A DNA stretch of 59,097 nucleotides from Eubacteriales bacterium. Lineage in GTDB: Bacteria; Bacillota; Clostridia; Oscillospirales; CAG-272. Of the stretch, positions 24,774 to 33,722 are shown in pieces. The translations under genes were made by a program, and so were the position numbers. Position 1 is the stretch's first letter, and every line of letters starts with the position of its first letter. The DNA lies in assembly GCA_045536065.1 (NCBI GenBank), contig JAZSMV010000019.1:1-59097 (forward strand). Direction: 5' to 3'. The notes below the pieces were generated by a model that saw only the letters and a list, made by a program, of their open reading frames with translations, was not told the DNA's origin and ran no database searches.

Positions 24774-27455
24774 TTATTCTGTTCTGAGTGCAACAACGGG
24801 ATCCTTGTTTGCCGCACTCTTTGCGGGAGCAAGTCCCGAGATAAGAGTCAGACCAATGCTGAGGCAAACGAGGAATATTGCGTTGTTTGCGGGAAGGGCC
24901 GCAATATTTGCGTAGCCGATAAGAGGATAAAGTATCAGGTTTACAAGTGCGGAGATCAGATAGGTCACTCCAATACCGATAAGACCTGCCAGAAGTCCGA
25001 TAATTGCAGTCTCGGCAATAAAGAGGTTGGATACGTCACGCTTACGTCCACCGAGGGAACGGATAACACCGATCTCCTTGATACGCTCAACAACCGATAC
25101 GTAGGTGATAATTCCTATCATAACGGTAGAAACAACAAGAGAGATGGAAGTGAACGCAATCAGAGCGTAGGAGATAATGTCAATCATTGTGTTGATCATG
25201 TTGATAATCAGCGCAAGGGTGTCGGTGTAGGTTATCTCACGTCTGTCCTCTCCCTTGATCTCCTCGCCGTTTACGGTAAGGGTAATGTCCTGATCGTTCC
25301 ATCTGTCAAGATACTGAGTAACCAGAGCTTTGTCATCGAAGGAGATGGGATAAATCTTCACGCTCGAAGCAAGGTCGTTGCCGCCGAGAGATGCCGCAAC
25401 AGAGGAGCGAGTGCTGAAGGAATATACATTCTCCCCCTTCTTCTCCGCACGCTCGCCAACGATCTCAGCGCCGTCAAGAGCTGCATAAGGAATATAGTCA
25501 AAGTCATAGGTAAAGCTTGTGATCATACTGTCCGCCTTGTCGGGATCGCCGATAAGGTAGTTTATAAACTCCGACTCTGCATTTACCTCAAGAATGTGAT
25601 TGGTAAGCGCCTCGGTGTAGTAAACGCCCGAGGAAAGCACGCCGTAGGAGATATTTTCGTTAGGAGTAAGGATACCCACAACCTTAAGGGTCATACCGTC
25701 CTCGTGTCTTTCATCCATCTCGCCCTTGTATACGGGAGTGGTGGTGACGATATCATCCATACCGGGACGGCTGATGGTGGTGTCAGCAGTACTGAACAGG
25801 GTGTCAGTGGGATACCAGGTGAAGGTCTTGCCAAGCAGCTCCTCGTAGGTAAAATACTCACGGTAGAGCGACTCGTCGTAAATAGGATCGCCATTTTCAT
25901 CCTTGTCGGTAGCCTTGTGGATAACCTCAATAAGCTCCGCCTGGGAGTAATAGCCAAGCTTTGCAAGAAGAAGGTCGGTCAGCTCGTCATCCGAATCGAG
26001 AACGAGCATAATCTCATCCGCCTCGTCGGCGATCTCACCTGCGGCTATCTGATACTGACTCTCGATATATTCAATATTTCCGGGAGCCTGCGCCATATTG
26101 GGAGCAAGTCTGTCTACCATAGATGCAAGGTCGGAATAGTCGGTCTCCGAAAGCACCGCCTTGTAAATATCAACGACCTGCTTTAAGGACATATGTCTGC
26201 CGTCATCGCCGGGAATCTCGTTGAAATCGGTAAAAACGGTTCTGTTAAGATCAATACCGTAGCTAAGCACAAGAGCGTTGTAGTACTCCTTCGGCATAGC
26301 CTTGACGTAATCGATATATTCGTAGGTTATTTCGTTCTCAACCAGCATAGTGTCAAAGGTGTCGCTGGTCTTGATGAGATGCTCGATTACCGAGGAGATA
26401 TATACGCTGTTGGGGTTCTTGATGATTCCAATCTGATCCTCAACCTCCATCATATCGGTTATGGCGCCAAGATCAAAAGCGTTCTGGGTTATGGTAACGG
26501 GGTTGCCCGAGAGCATATCGTCCTGCATGGATGCGATATAGCCCTTGATACCTGCCGAGAAGGCAAGAACCATTGCAATACCGATAATACCGATAGAGCC
26601 TGCAACACCAACCATAGCCGTTCTGCCCTTCTTGGAGATAAGGTTACGTGCGGAGAGACGGAAGGCGGTAAATACCGACATCTTTGCCTTTTCCTTAGAC
26701 TTTTTATCGTTTTTCTCAGCAACTTTCTGAAGCTCACGCTCTTGCTCCGCATTAACGAGAGAGGCGTACTCCTCCTCGCTTACTGGATCGGTGTCCTCAA
26801 TGATATTACCGTCAAGCAGTCTTACGATTCTGGTGGAATACTGCTCTGCAAGCTCGGGGTTATGGGTAACCATAATAACAAGCCTCTCGCCCGCTATCTC
26901 ACGGATAAGCTCCATGATCTGCACGCTGGTTACGGTGTCAAGTGCGCCTGTGGGCTCGTCGGCAAGAAGGATCTCGGGCTCGTTAACAAGCGCTCTTGCA
27001 ATAGCAACTCGCTGACACTGACCGCCGGAGAGCTGGTTGGGACGCATATAATACTGATCCGAAAGACCAACCTTATCAAGCGCCGCCTTGGCGCGTCTTA
27101 CCCTCTCCTCCTTATCAATGCCGGCAATGGTAAGAGCAAGCTCCACGTTGCCAAGTACGGTCTGGTGAGGAATAAGGTTATAGCTCTGGAAAATAAAGCC
27201 TATGCGATGGTTTCTGTATACGTCCCAATCTCTGTCACGGTAGAGCTTTGTACTCTTTCCGTTAATAATAAGATCGCCCGAGGTGTATCTGTCAAGACCG
27301 CCTACAATATTAAGGAGCGTGGTCTTTCCACAGCCCGAGGGACCGAGAATGGAAACGAATTCTTTGTCACGGAAGGTAATATCCACACCACGCAGAGCGT
27401 TGACCGTCTCCGACGAGGTTATGTAGTCCTTCGTTATGTTGCGTAATTCAAGCAT
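24774..27455 (-). CDS. fused ABC ATPase / FtsX-type permease (MacB-like), paralogue of 13209-15812
   Basis: 893-aa ORF. Has Walker A GPSGCGKTT, signature LSGGQCQR and Walker B LLADEPT. A long extracytoplasmic segment and C-terminal FtsX TM helices follow. Confidence 0.88.
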   Translation of the reverse strand: MLELRNITKDYITSSETVNALRGVDITFRDKEFVSILGPSGCGKTTLLNIVGGLDRYTSGDLIINGKSTKLYRDRDWDVYRNHRIGFIFQSYNLIPHQTVLGNVELALTIAGIDKEERVRRAKAALDKVGLSDQYYMRPNQLSGGQCQRVAIARALVNEPEILLADEPTGALDTVTSVQIMELIREIAGERLVIMVTHNPELAEQYSTRIVRLLDGNIIEDTDPVSEEEYASLVNAEQERELQKVAEKNDKKSKEKAKMSVFTAFRLSARNLISKKGRTAMVGVAGSIGIIGIAMVLAFSAGIKGYIASMQDDMLSGNPVTITQNAFDLGAITDMMEVEDQIGIIKNPNSVYISSVIEHLIKTSDTFDTMLVENEITYEYIDYVKAMPKEYYNALVLSYGIDLNRTVFTDFNEIPGDDGRHMSLKQVVDIYKAVLSETDYSDLASMVDRLAPNMAQAPGNIEYIESQYQIAAGEIADEADEIMLVLDSDDELTDLLLAKLGYYSQAELIEVIHKATDKDENGDPIYDESLYREYFTYEELLGKTFTWYPTDTLFSTADTTISRPGMDDIVTTTPVYKGEMDERHEDGMTLKVVGILTPNENISYGVLSSGVYYTEALTNHILEVNAESEFINYLIGDPDKADSMITSFTYDFDYIPYAALDGAEIVGERAEKKGENVYSFSTRSSVAASLGGNDLASSVKIYPISFDDKALVTQYLDRWNDQDITLTVNGEEIKGEDRREITYTDTLALIINMINTMIDIISYALIAFTSISLVVSTVMIGIITYVSVVERIKEIGVIRSLGGRKRDVSNLFIAETAIIGLLAGLIGIGVTYLISALVNLILYPLIGYANIAALPANNAIFLVCLSIGLTLISGLAPAKSAANKDPVVALRTE

Positions 27456-27542
27456 TGTTTTGATCCTTCTTTAGTTATTTGGAATAATTATATCCAAAAA
27501 ATATGAACAAATAACAGATATATAATAAATTTTTATTTAATA

Positions 27543-28946
27543 CTACTCAACCTTAAGCTGTCTTACCCATATTCCCTTGTTTACTAGGATAAGTCCGGGA
27601 ACAATCTTCAGATTCTCCACTATAAGAATTATAGGCAGAAGAGCGTAGAAGGAGAGGTCGGTGAAGCTGACGAGAGCTGCCAGCGTGGGTATAACGATGA
27701 CCCAGGCGTACACGCTGTCGAACAGCATGGTAATAAACACACGTCCGCCCGAACGGATGGTATAATAGGTTGCGGTAGCCAAGGCGGCAAGAGGCATCGT
27801 AAGGCCAAAGCAAACCATATTATAGCTGGCAATATCTATAACAGACTCAACGTCGGTATAGATTCTCGGGAACACGGGCGAGAGTGCAAGCTGAATGCCC
27901 ATCATAATAAAGCCCATAAATACCGCAAAGGCAAGAAGCTTTTTATCGGTCTGCTTCGCCTCATCCAGCTTGCCTGCTCCAAGCAGGTTTCCGACGATTA
28001 TGGCAATGGATGAGCTTAAAGCAAAGTAGGCTACGCTGAGAAGGTTCTGCAGATTGAAGGAAATATTCATTGCAGGAAGAACCTCGGGTCCCAGCTTAGA
28101 GTAAAACATATTTGTTACGGTAATCGACAAGGACCAGAGAAGCTCGTTGGTAAGAATGGGCGCACCCTTGATGATAACCTGCTTGATAAGCGCTCCCGGA
28201 ACGTGGAATTTTCTGAACAGTCCTGTAATAAACGGACATTTTTCACTATTTCTATGCGTCCAGAAAATAAGAATAAACAGCTCAAGAAACCTTGAGAGCG
28301 CTGTTGCTATCGCCGCACCCGCAACACCGAGCGCAGGGAAACCGAGCAGACCAAATATAAGAATAGTGTTAAATACAAGGTTAGTAAAAATAGATACCGC
28401 ACTGGCAACCATAGGAACAACGGTCTGACCCGTCTCACGAAGCGTTGAAGCATACGCCTGCGACAGTGCAAACGGAATGAGTCCGATTACAATATATGCA
28501 ATATATCCCTTTGCCGAGTCGAAAACAAGCTGAAGGTCAAGCTCCTCATCGCCCTCTCCCTCGTGAATAAAGCTGTTGATCAACCCATCCTGAAGGGTGC
28601 AAAGAATAACAACGCCAAGAATACCGATTATCAGGGTGCTGATAAGCTTGATTCGCATAGTATTCCGCACGCCGCCTATATCTCCACGACCGTTAAACTG
28701 CGCAGTGAAAATGCCTGCAGCCGATACTGCGCCAAATATGGCAAGGTTAAACACGAAAATAAACTGGTTAACGATAGAAACACCTGACATCTGCTCGGTA
28801 CCAACCCAGCTTACCATAAGGTTGTCAAGTAGGTTAACGAGATTCGTGACGGTGTTCTGGATTATCATAGGTATTGTGATGGCAAGCACACGCCTGTAAA
28901 ACGCCTTGTCACCTATGTAATTTTTAAAAAGGTTCTTAAGCTTCAT
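27543..28946 (-). CDS. MATE-family efflux transporter
   Basis: About 12 TM helices with the N-terminus FYRRVLAITIPMIIQNTVTNLVNLLDNLMV. The start is at the ATG at 28946, with RBS GAGGA 6 nt upstream. Confidence 0.85.
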   Translation of the reverse strand: MKLKNLFKNYIGDKAFYRRVLAITIPMIIQNTVTNLVNLLDNLMVSWVGTEQMSGVSIVNQFIFVFNLAIFGAVSAAGIFTAQFNGRGDIGGVRNTMRIKLISTLIIGILGVVILCTLQDGLINSFIHEGEGDEELDLQLVFDSAKGYIAYIVIGLIPFALSQAYASTLRETGQTVVPMVASAVSIFTNLVFNTILIFGLLGFPALGVAGAAIATALSRFLELFILIFWTHRNSEKCPFITGLFRKFHVPGALIKQVIIKGAPILTNELLWSLSITVTNMFYSKLGPEVLPAMNISFNLQNLLSVAYFALSSSIAIIVGNLLGAGKLDEAKQTDKKLLAFAVFMGFIMMGIQLALSPVFPRIYTDVESVIDIASYNMVCFGLTMPLAALATATYYTIRSGGRVFITMLFDSVYAWVIVIPTLAALVSFTDLSFYALLPIILIVENLKIVPGLILVNKGIWVRQLKVE

Positions 28947-29071
28947 TTCTGTCCTCTGAAAATTTATTAACATTTCATTTTATCATATATAGAAGAAAAA
29001 ATCAACAGAAAAATAATCAAACAGTAAAGAGCAGAAAAACAAAACATTTTCCACCTTACAAAAAAGCAAAG

Positions 29072-29104
29072 AAAAACACCAAATTCCTCAGAAAATGGTG
29101 TTTT
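29072..29104 (-). terminator. stem-loop terminator after the DegV gene
   Basis: AAACACCA (29074-29081) pairs with TGGTGTTT (29096-29103). The minus strand continues with a T-rich run. Confidence 0.55.
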
Positions 29105-29125
29105 ATGTAATGTTTTATTTACTTT

Positions 29126-29959
29126 TTAAATCTCAAAGCCTATAAGCAAACCACCCTGCTCTGCGTAGAATGAGCAAAGTCCGCCTGCCATTCCCACGTC
29201 GATTTTTGCCTCGGGGTAGATGTCCTTTATCTTTGAGATAAGCAGCTCTGCTGCAGGAAGATTGTTTGCGTGGTGAATCTTCACTCTGCCGCCCTTATAT
29301 CCGTCGCCTATCATATTGGCAAGAATATCTCTTGCGGTAGCCTCGGGGCCTCTTGATTTACATATCATCTCAAGCGTTCCCACATCACTCGCTCTGCCAA
29401 TAGCACGAATGCCGAGAAGCCCTGCCATCCTGGCAACTATGGGACTTACTCTGCCGTTGTTTGCAAGATTGTGCATAGACTCAAGAGCAAATAAAAGCCT
29501 TGTGTGATTTAAGTTGTAGTCGGTGATCTCGGTCTTAACGGTCTCAAAATCCTTGCCCTCAAGGATCAGATCACGAAGTCTTTCAATAACCAGAGCGCTT
29601 TCAGGTCCTGTGGAAAGGCTGTCGATCACGTGAACACGTCTGTCGGGGTGGTCTGCAAGATAGGTCTTTGCCGCCACAGATGCCGCATTGAAGCTGCCGG
29701 AAAGGTTGCTGGTGATAGTGATGCAGAAAACGTTTTCACATTCACCGAAGGCTAAAAGAAACTCCTCGGAATTGGGACAGGAGGTGCGGGATTTACCCTT
29801 GTATTTTTTTAAGTCTGAGAGCATACCCACAACGTCAAGGCTCTTGTCGTCGACATACTCCCTCTCTGAAGTGATGATCTTAAGTGGAGCGCTTTCAAAG
29901 TCAATTCCCGACAGCTCCTTAATATCGGAGGAGGAGTCGGACACGATTTTAAAATTCAT
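29126..29959 (-). CDS. DegV-family fatty-acid-binding protein
   Basis: 277-aa ORF. The start MNFKIVSDSSSDI and the overall pattern are typical of the DegV family. Confidence 0.85.
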   Translation of the reverse strand: MNFKIVSDSSSDIKELSGIDFESAPLKIITSEREYVDDKSLDVVGMLSDLKKYKGKSRTSCPNSEEFLLAFGECENVFCITITSNLSGSFNAASVAAKTYLADHPDRRVHVIDSLSTGPESALVIERLRDLILEGKDFETVKTEITDYNLNHTRLLFALESMHNLANNGRVSPIVARMAGLLGIRAIGRASDVGTLEMICKSRGPEATARDILANMIGDGYKGGRVKIHHANNLPAAELLISKIKDIYPEAKIDVGMAGGLCSFYAEQGGLLIGFEI

Positions 29960-29990
29960 TTTTCTGTCTCCTTTTTTGAGATGCTACTTA

Positions 29991-30019
29991 ATTATAGCAT
30001 ATTTTTTTCGAAGTGTCAA
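29991..30019 (-). promoter_or_regulatory. sigma-A-type promoter for the DegV gene
   Basis: Minus strand TTGACA (30019-30014), 17-nt spacer, TATAAT (29996-29991). Confidence 0.6.
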
Positions 30020-30120
30020 CAATTCGTGAACTTATTAAAGGGTGGACTTTGCAAGCGAGAATTTTGCGAAAAGCACAGATTTATATGGCTTCAGGCGTGT
30101 TCGCTTTAGGTTATTGGTGG

Positions 30121-31032
30121 CTAGTCACCAAAGGATGACAGGTATTTTTCACCGCCGTCGGGGAGTAGAGTCACTATATTTTTGTCTTTATTTTCTTCTC
30201 TTTTTGCAACCGAAATTGCCGCAGAAAGCGCAGCGCCCGAGGATATTCCCGCAAAAATCCCTTCGGTACAGGCGAGCTGCCTTGCACAAAGCATTGCATC
30301 CTCAGTGCTTACCGTTATGACTTCGTCCAAAAGAGAAATGTGGAGAAGCGGCGGAGTAAAGCCTGCGCCAATGCCCTGTATTCCGTGACTTCCCGCCGAT
30401 CCTCCCGACAGCACCGCAGACTCGGAGGGCTCCACACCAATTAGCCTTACCGACGGTATTCTTTCCTTTAAGTACTTCCCCGCTCCGCTTAACGTTCCGC
30501 CCGTACCCACTCCGCAGATAAAGATATCCACCCGTCCGCCCATATCCGAGTATATTTCGGGACCTGTGGTCTTATAATGAGCCAGCATATTATTTCTGTT
30601 TGTAAATTGTCTCGGTATATAGCTGTTTTTTACGTCAAGCGCCAGCCGCTCTGCCCTCTCTATCGCTCCCGCCATACCCTTGTGGGCCGAAGTAAGCATA
30701 ACCTCGCCGCCGTAGGCCTTTATAAAAGCCTGTCTCTCAGGTGACATATTCTCGGGCATAACTATAAGCGCAGAGTAGCCAAAGACCGCCGACAGCATGG
30801 CAAGAGAGATTCCCATATTTCCGCTTGTCGCCTCTATGACACGACCCTTTTCATCTATCAGCCCCTCGCCAAGAGCCGACCTTATCATAAAAAGCGCCGC
30901 CCTGTCCTTTACCGATCCCGAAGGGTTGAAGCTCTCGAGCTTTGCGAAAATACCCGACTTAAGCCCGAATTTTTCTTCAATTCCACGAAGGCGCAGGATT
31001 TTTGTTTTTTCTATAAGCGAAGATATATTCAT
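30121..31032 (-). CDS. cysK: cysteine synthase family PLP enzyme
   Basis: 303-aa ORF with NPSGSVKDRAALFMI (PLP lysine), EATSGNMG and GVGTGGTLSG motifs. Confidence 0.85.
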   Translation of the reverse strand: MNISSLIEKTKILRLRGIEEKFGLKSGIFAKLESFNPSGSVKDRAALFMIRSALGEGLIDEKGRVIEATSGNMGISLAMLSAVFGYSALIVMPENMSPERQAFIKAYGGEVMLTSAHKGMAGAIERAERLALDVKNSYIPRQFTNRNNMLAHYKTTGPEIYSDMGGRVDIFICGVGTGGTLSGAGKYLKERIPSVRLIGVEPSESAVLSGGSAGSHGIQGIGAGFTPPLLHISLLDEVITVSTEDAMLCARQLACTEGIFAGISSGAALSAAISVAKREENKDKNIVTLLPDGGEKYLSSFGD

Positions 31033-31053
31033 AATTTTTCCTCCAAAAGCTTA

Positions 31054-31083
31054 TTGACAAGAAAGTGATATATGATATATAAT
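31054..31083 (+). promoter_or_regulatory. promoter of nrdD with an overlapping AT-rich inverted repeat
   Basis: TTGACA (31054-31059), 18-nt spacer, TATAAT (31078-31083). GTGATATAT...ATATATTCAC spans the -10 region. Confidence 0.45.
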
Positions 31084-31117
31084 ATATTCACAGAAAATAA
31101 ATATAAGGACAAGTCTT

Positions 31118-33292
31118 ATGAAAATAATTAAGAGAAACGGAGCCGAGGCTCTCTTTGATAAGAGTAAAATATACGCCGCTGTATGCAAGGCTAACGAGGC
31201 CGTTGAGCCTGTTCACCGCATAAGCTACGAGCAGATACAGGCCATAACCGACAGCGTTGCCTCAAGGTGCGAGCGCCTTGGCAGAGCGACCGAGGTTGAG
31301 GAAATACAGGATATGGTTGAGAGGGAGATAATGTCGCTTGGCGCATTCACCCTTGCAAAGGCCTATATTACCTACCGTTACACCCGTGAGCTGGTGCGTA
31401 AATCCAACACCACCGACGAGCGCATTATGTCGCTTATCGAGCGCTCAAACGAGGATATAAAGACCGAAAACTCTAATAAAAATCCTACCGTCAACTCCAT
31501 TCAGCGTGACTATATGGCAGGCGAGGTGTCAAAGGATCTGACACGCAGAATACTTCTGCCACCCGATATTGTCAAGGCTCACGAGGAGGGCATTATCCAC
31601 TTCCACGATGCAGACTATTTCGCACAGTACATGCACAACTGCGATCTTGTCAACCTTGAGGATATGCTGCAGAACGGTACGGTTATCAGCGGAACGCTTA
31701 TCGAAAAGCCAAAAAGCTTTGCCACCGCCTGCAACATTGCGACACAGATCATTGCCCAGGTCGCATCCAATCAGTACGGCGGACAGTCTATAAGCCTTAC
31801 TCATCTTGCGCCTTTCGTTGACGTCAGCAGAAGGAAGATCAGAGCGAGGGTTATCGAGGAGCTTACCGAGGCGGGCGTTGATTTTTGCGAAAAGCAGATA
31901 GATTCCATCACCGAGCAAAGACTCCGTGAGGAGATAAACCGTGGCGTTCAGTGTATTCAGTATCAGGTAGTTACCCTGCTTACCACCAACGGACAGGCAC
32001 CCTTTATCACCGTGTTTATGTATCTTGGCGAGGCAAAGGACGAGCAGACCAAATCCGACCTTGCGCTTATTATCGAGGAAGTGCTGAAGCAGCGCATCCA
32101 GGGTGTCAAGAACGAGGCGGGCGTATGGATAACCCCCGCATTCCCCAAGCTTATCTACGTGCTTGAGGAGGATAACGTAAACGAGGGCTCAAGGTTCTAT
32201 CACCTTACCCGTCTTGCGGCGAAATGCACCGCAAAGCGTATGGTTCCCGACTACATATCCGAGAAAATTATGCTTCAGAACAAGATAGACAAGAACGGTA
32301 ACGGACAGTGCTATACCTGTATGGGCTGTCGTTCCTTCCTCACTCCCTATCTTGACAATGAAGGCAAGCCCAAGTACTACGGCAGATTCAATCAGGGCGT
32401 GGTTACGGTAAACCTAGTTGACATAGGTCTGTCCGCCGAGGGCGATATGGACAGATTCAGAAAGATCTTCGACGAGCGAATGGAGCTTTGTCACAGGGCG
32501 CTTCGCTGCCGTCACGAAAGACTTCTCGGAACTCCCTCGGATGCCGCTCCCATACTCTGGCAGTACGGCGCTCTCACAAGACTAAAGCCCGGCGAGAAGA
32601 TAGACGAATATCTCTACGGCGGCTACTCCACCCTTTCTCTTGGCTATGCAGGTCTTTGGGAATGTGTGCTTGCTCTTTCGGGCAAGAAGCTCACCGAGCC
32701 TGAGGGCGAGGCGCTGGGTCTTGAGATAATGAAAATGCTCAATTCCTACACTGCAAAGTGGAAGGCCGAGGAGAATATCGACTACTCGCTCTACGGAACT
32801 CCCCTTGAAAGCACAACCTACAAGTTCGCAAAGTGTCTGCAGAACCGCTTTGGCATCGTCAAGGGCATAACCGACAGAAGCTATATCACCAACTCCTACC
32901 ACGTGCACGTGACCGAGGAGATAGACGCCTTTGAAAAGCTCTCGCTTGAGGCAAAGTTCCAGGCACTCTCTCCCGGTGGTGCAATCTCCTACGTTGAGGT
33001 TCCCGATATGCAGTCCAATATTGAGGCTGTGCTTGACGTGATGCGATACATCTACGATCACATTATGTACGCCGAGCTTAATACCAAGAGTGACTACTGT
33101 CAGGTGTGCGGCTTCGACGGTGAGATCGGCATAGTCGAGGAAAACGGCAAGCTTATCTGGGAGTGTCCCAACTGCGGATGCCGTGATCAGAGCAGGATGA
33201 ACGTGGCAAGACGAACCTGCGGATATATCGGCACACAGTATTGGAATCAAGGCAGAACCAGCGAGATAAAGGACAGAGTTCTGCACCTTTAA
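31118..33292 (+). CDS. nrdD: anaerobic ribonucleoside-triphosphate reductase
   Basis: 724-aa ORF with an N-terminal ATP-cone. The C-terminus has a CxxC...CxxC zinc site and the glycyl-radical motif RRTCGYIG. Confidence 0.95.
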   Translation: MKIIKRNGAEALFDKSKIYAAVCKANEAVEPVHRISYEQIQAITDSVASRCERLGRATEVEEIQDMVEREIMSLGAFTLAKAYITYRYTRELVRKSNTTDERIMSLIERSNEDIKTENSNKNPTVNSIQRDYMAGEVSKDLTRRILLPPDIVKAHEEGIIHFHDADYFAQYMHNCDLVNLEDMLQNGTVISGTLIEKPKSFATACNIATQIIAQVASNQYGGQSISLTHLAPFVDVSRRKIRARVIEELTEAGVDFCEKQIDSITEQRLREEINRGVQCIQYQVVTLLTTNGQAPFITVFMYLGEAKDEQTKSDLALIIEEVLKQRIQGVKNEAGVWITPAFPKLIYVLEEDNVNEGSRFYHLTRLAAKCTAKRMVPDYISEKIMLQNKIDKNGNGQCYTCMGCRSFLTPYLDNEGKPKYYGRFNQGVVTVNLVDIGLSAEGDMDRFRKIFDERMELCHRALRCRHERLLGTPSDAAPILWQYGALTRLKPGEKIDEYLYGGYSTLSLGYAGLWECVLALSGKKLTEPEGEALGLEIMKMLNSYTAKWKAEENIDYSLYGTPLESTTYKFAKCLQNRFGIVKGITDRSYITNSYHVHVTEEIDAFEKLSLEAKFQALSPGGAISYVEVPDMQSNIEAVLDVMRYIYDHIMYAELNTKSDYCQVCGFDGEIGIVEENGKLIWECPNCGCRDQSRMNVARRTCGYIGTQYWNQGRTSEIKDRVLHL

Positions 33293-33330
33293 TGCAGGTT
33301 TTTTGTAAATTATTATTGTCATTTCAGCAT

Positions 33331-33363
33331 AAAAGCTCCCGTTTTCGGGAGCTTTTATTTTTT
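33331..33363. terminator. bidirectional terminator (nrdD / small ORF)
   Basis: AAAAGCTCCCG-TTTT-CGGGAGCTTTT followed by ATTTTTTG. Confidence 0.8.
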
Positions 33364-33396
33364 GTTTTGCTGTTCTTTGTGGTCAGAATTGAAAAA

Positions 33397-33567
33397 TCAG
33401 AGAGTATGCCTCATATCATTCATCATACTCTTGACACCCGGCATTTTATCTGCAAAAAAGCCCTTTACCTTGTTGCCGATAGTCACAGCGCCCGCTGTTG
33501 CAAGGCCTATGATCGCAAGAGCCACGTAAGGATGTCGCACCATTCGTCCTTTTTTGTTATTAAACAT
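33397..33567 (-). CDS. unlisted small ORF, 56-aa single-TM protein
   Basis: It is below the 60-aa cutoff of the ORF track. RBS AAAGGAG lies 7 nt before the ATG (33567). Product is MFNNKKGRMVRHPYVALAIIGLATAGAVTIGNKVKGFFADKMPGVKSMMNDMRHTL. It ends 34 nt before the terminator. Confidence 0.45.
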   Translation of the reverse strand: MFNNKKGRMVRHPYVALAIIGLATAGAVTIGNKVKGFFADKMPGVKSMMNDMRHTL

Positions 33568-33630
33568 TCTTTTTCTCCTTTTTGTGAGTTAATTATATTT
33601 TAACCGCAGGAGTAAAAATTATTTATATCA

Positions 33631-33659
33631 TTGACAAAACTTCAATAATGTTGTAAAAT
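33631..33659 (+). promoter_or_regulatory. sigma-A-type promoter for the Sel1-repeat gene
   Basis: TTGACA (33631-33636), 17-nt spacer, TAAAAT (33654-33659). Confidence 0.55.
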
Positions 33660-33722
33660 AAAAATAGAAAAAAGGCGGTTAATATTGGATCGGTATGACG
33701 ATTCAAGGAAAGGACCTACACA

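Noticed and set aside
26193-27446. 417-aa ORF antisense to the 24774-27455 ABC fusion gene
   Set aside because: It is a shadow ORF, for the same reasons as the ORF antisense to carB.
31060-31090. NrdR box at the nrdD promoter
   Set aside because: The AT-rich repeat has GTG...CAC polarity rather than the CAC...GTG of the NrdR-box consensus. There is also no second box at the usual ~31-bp offset.
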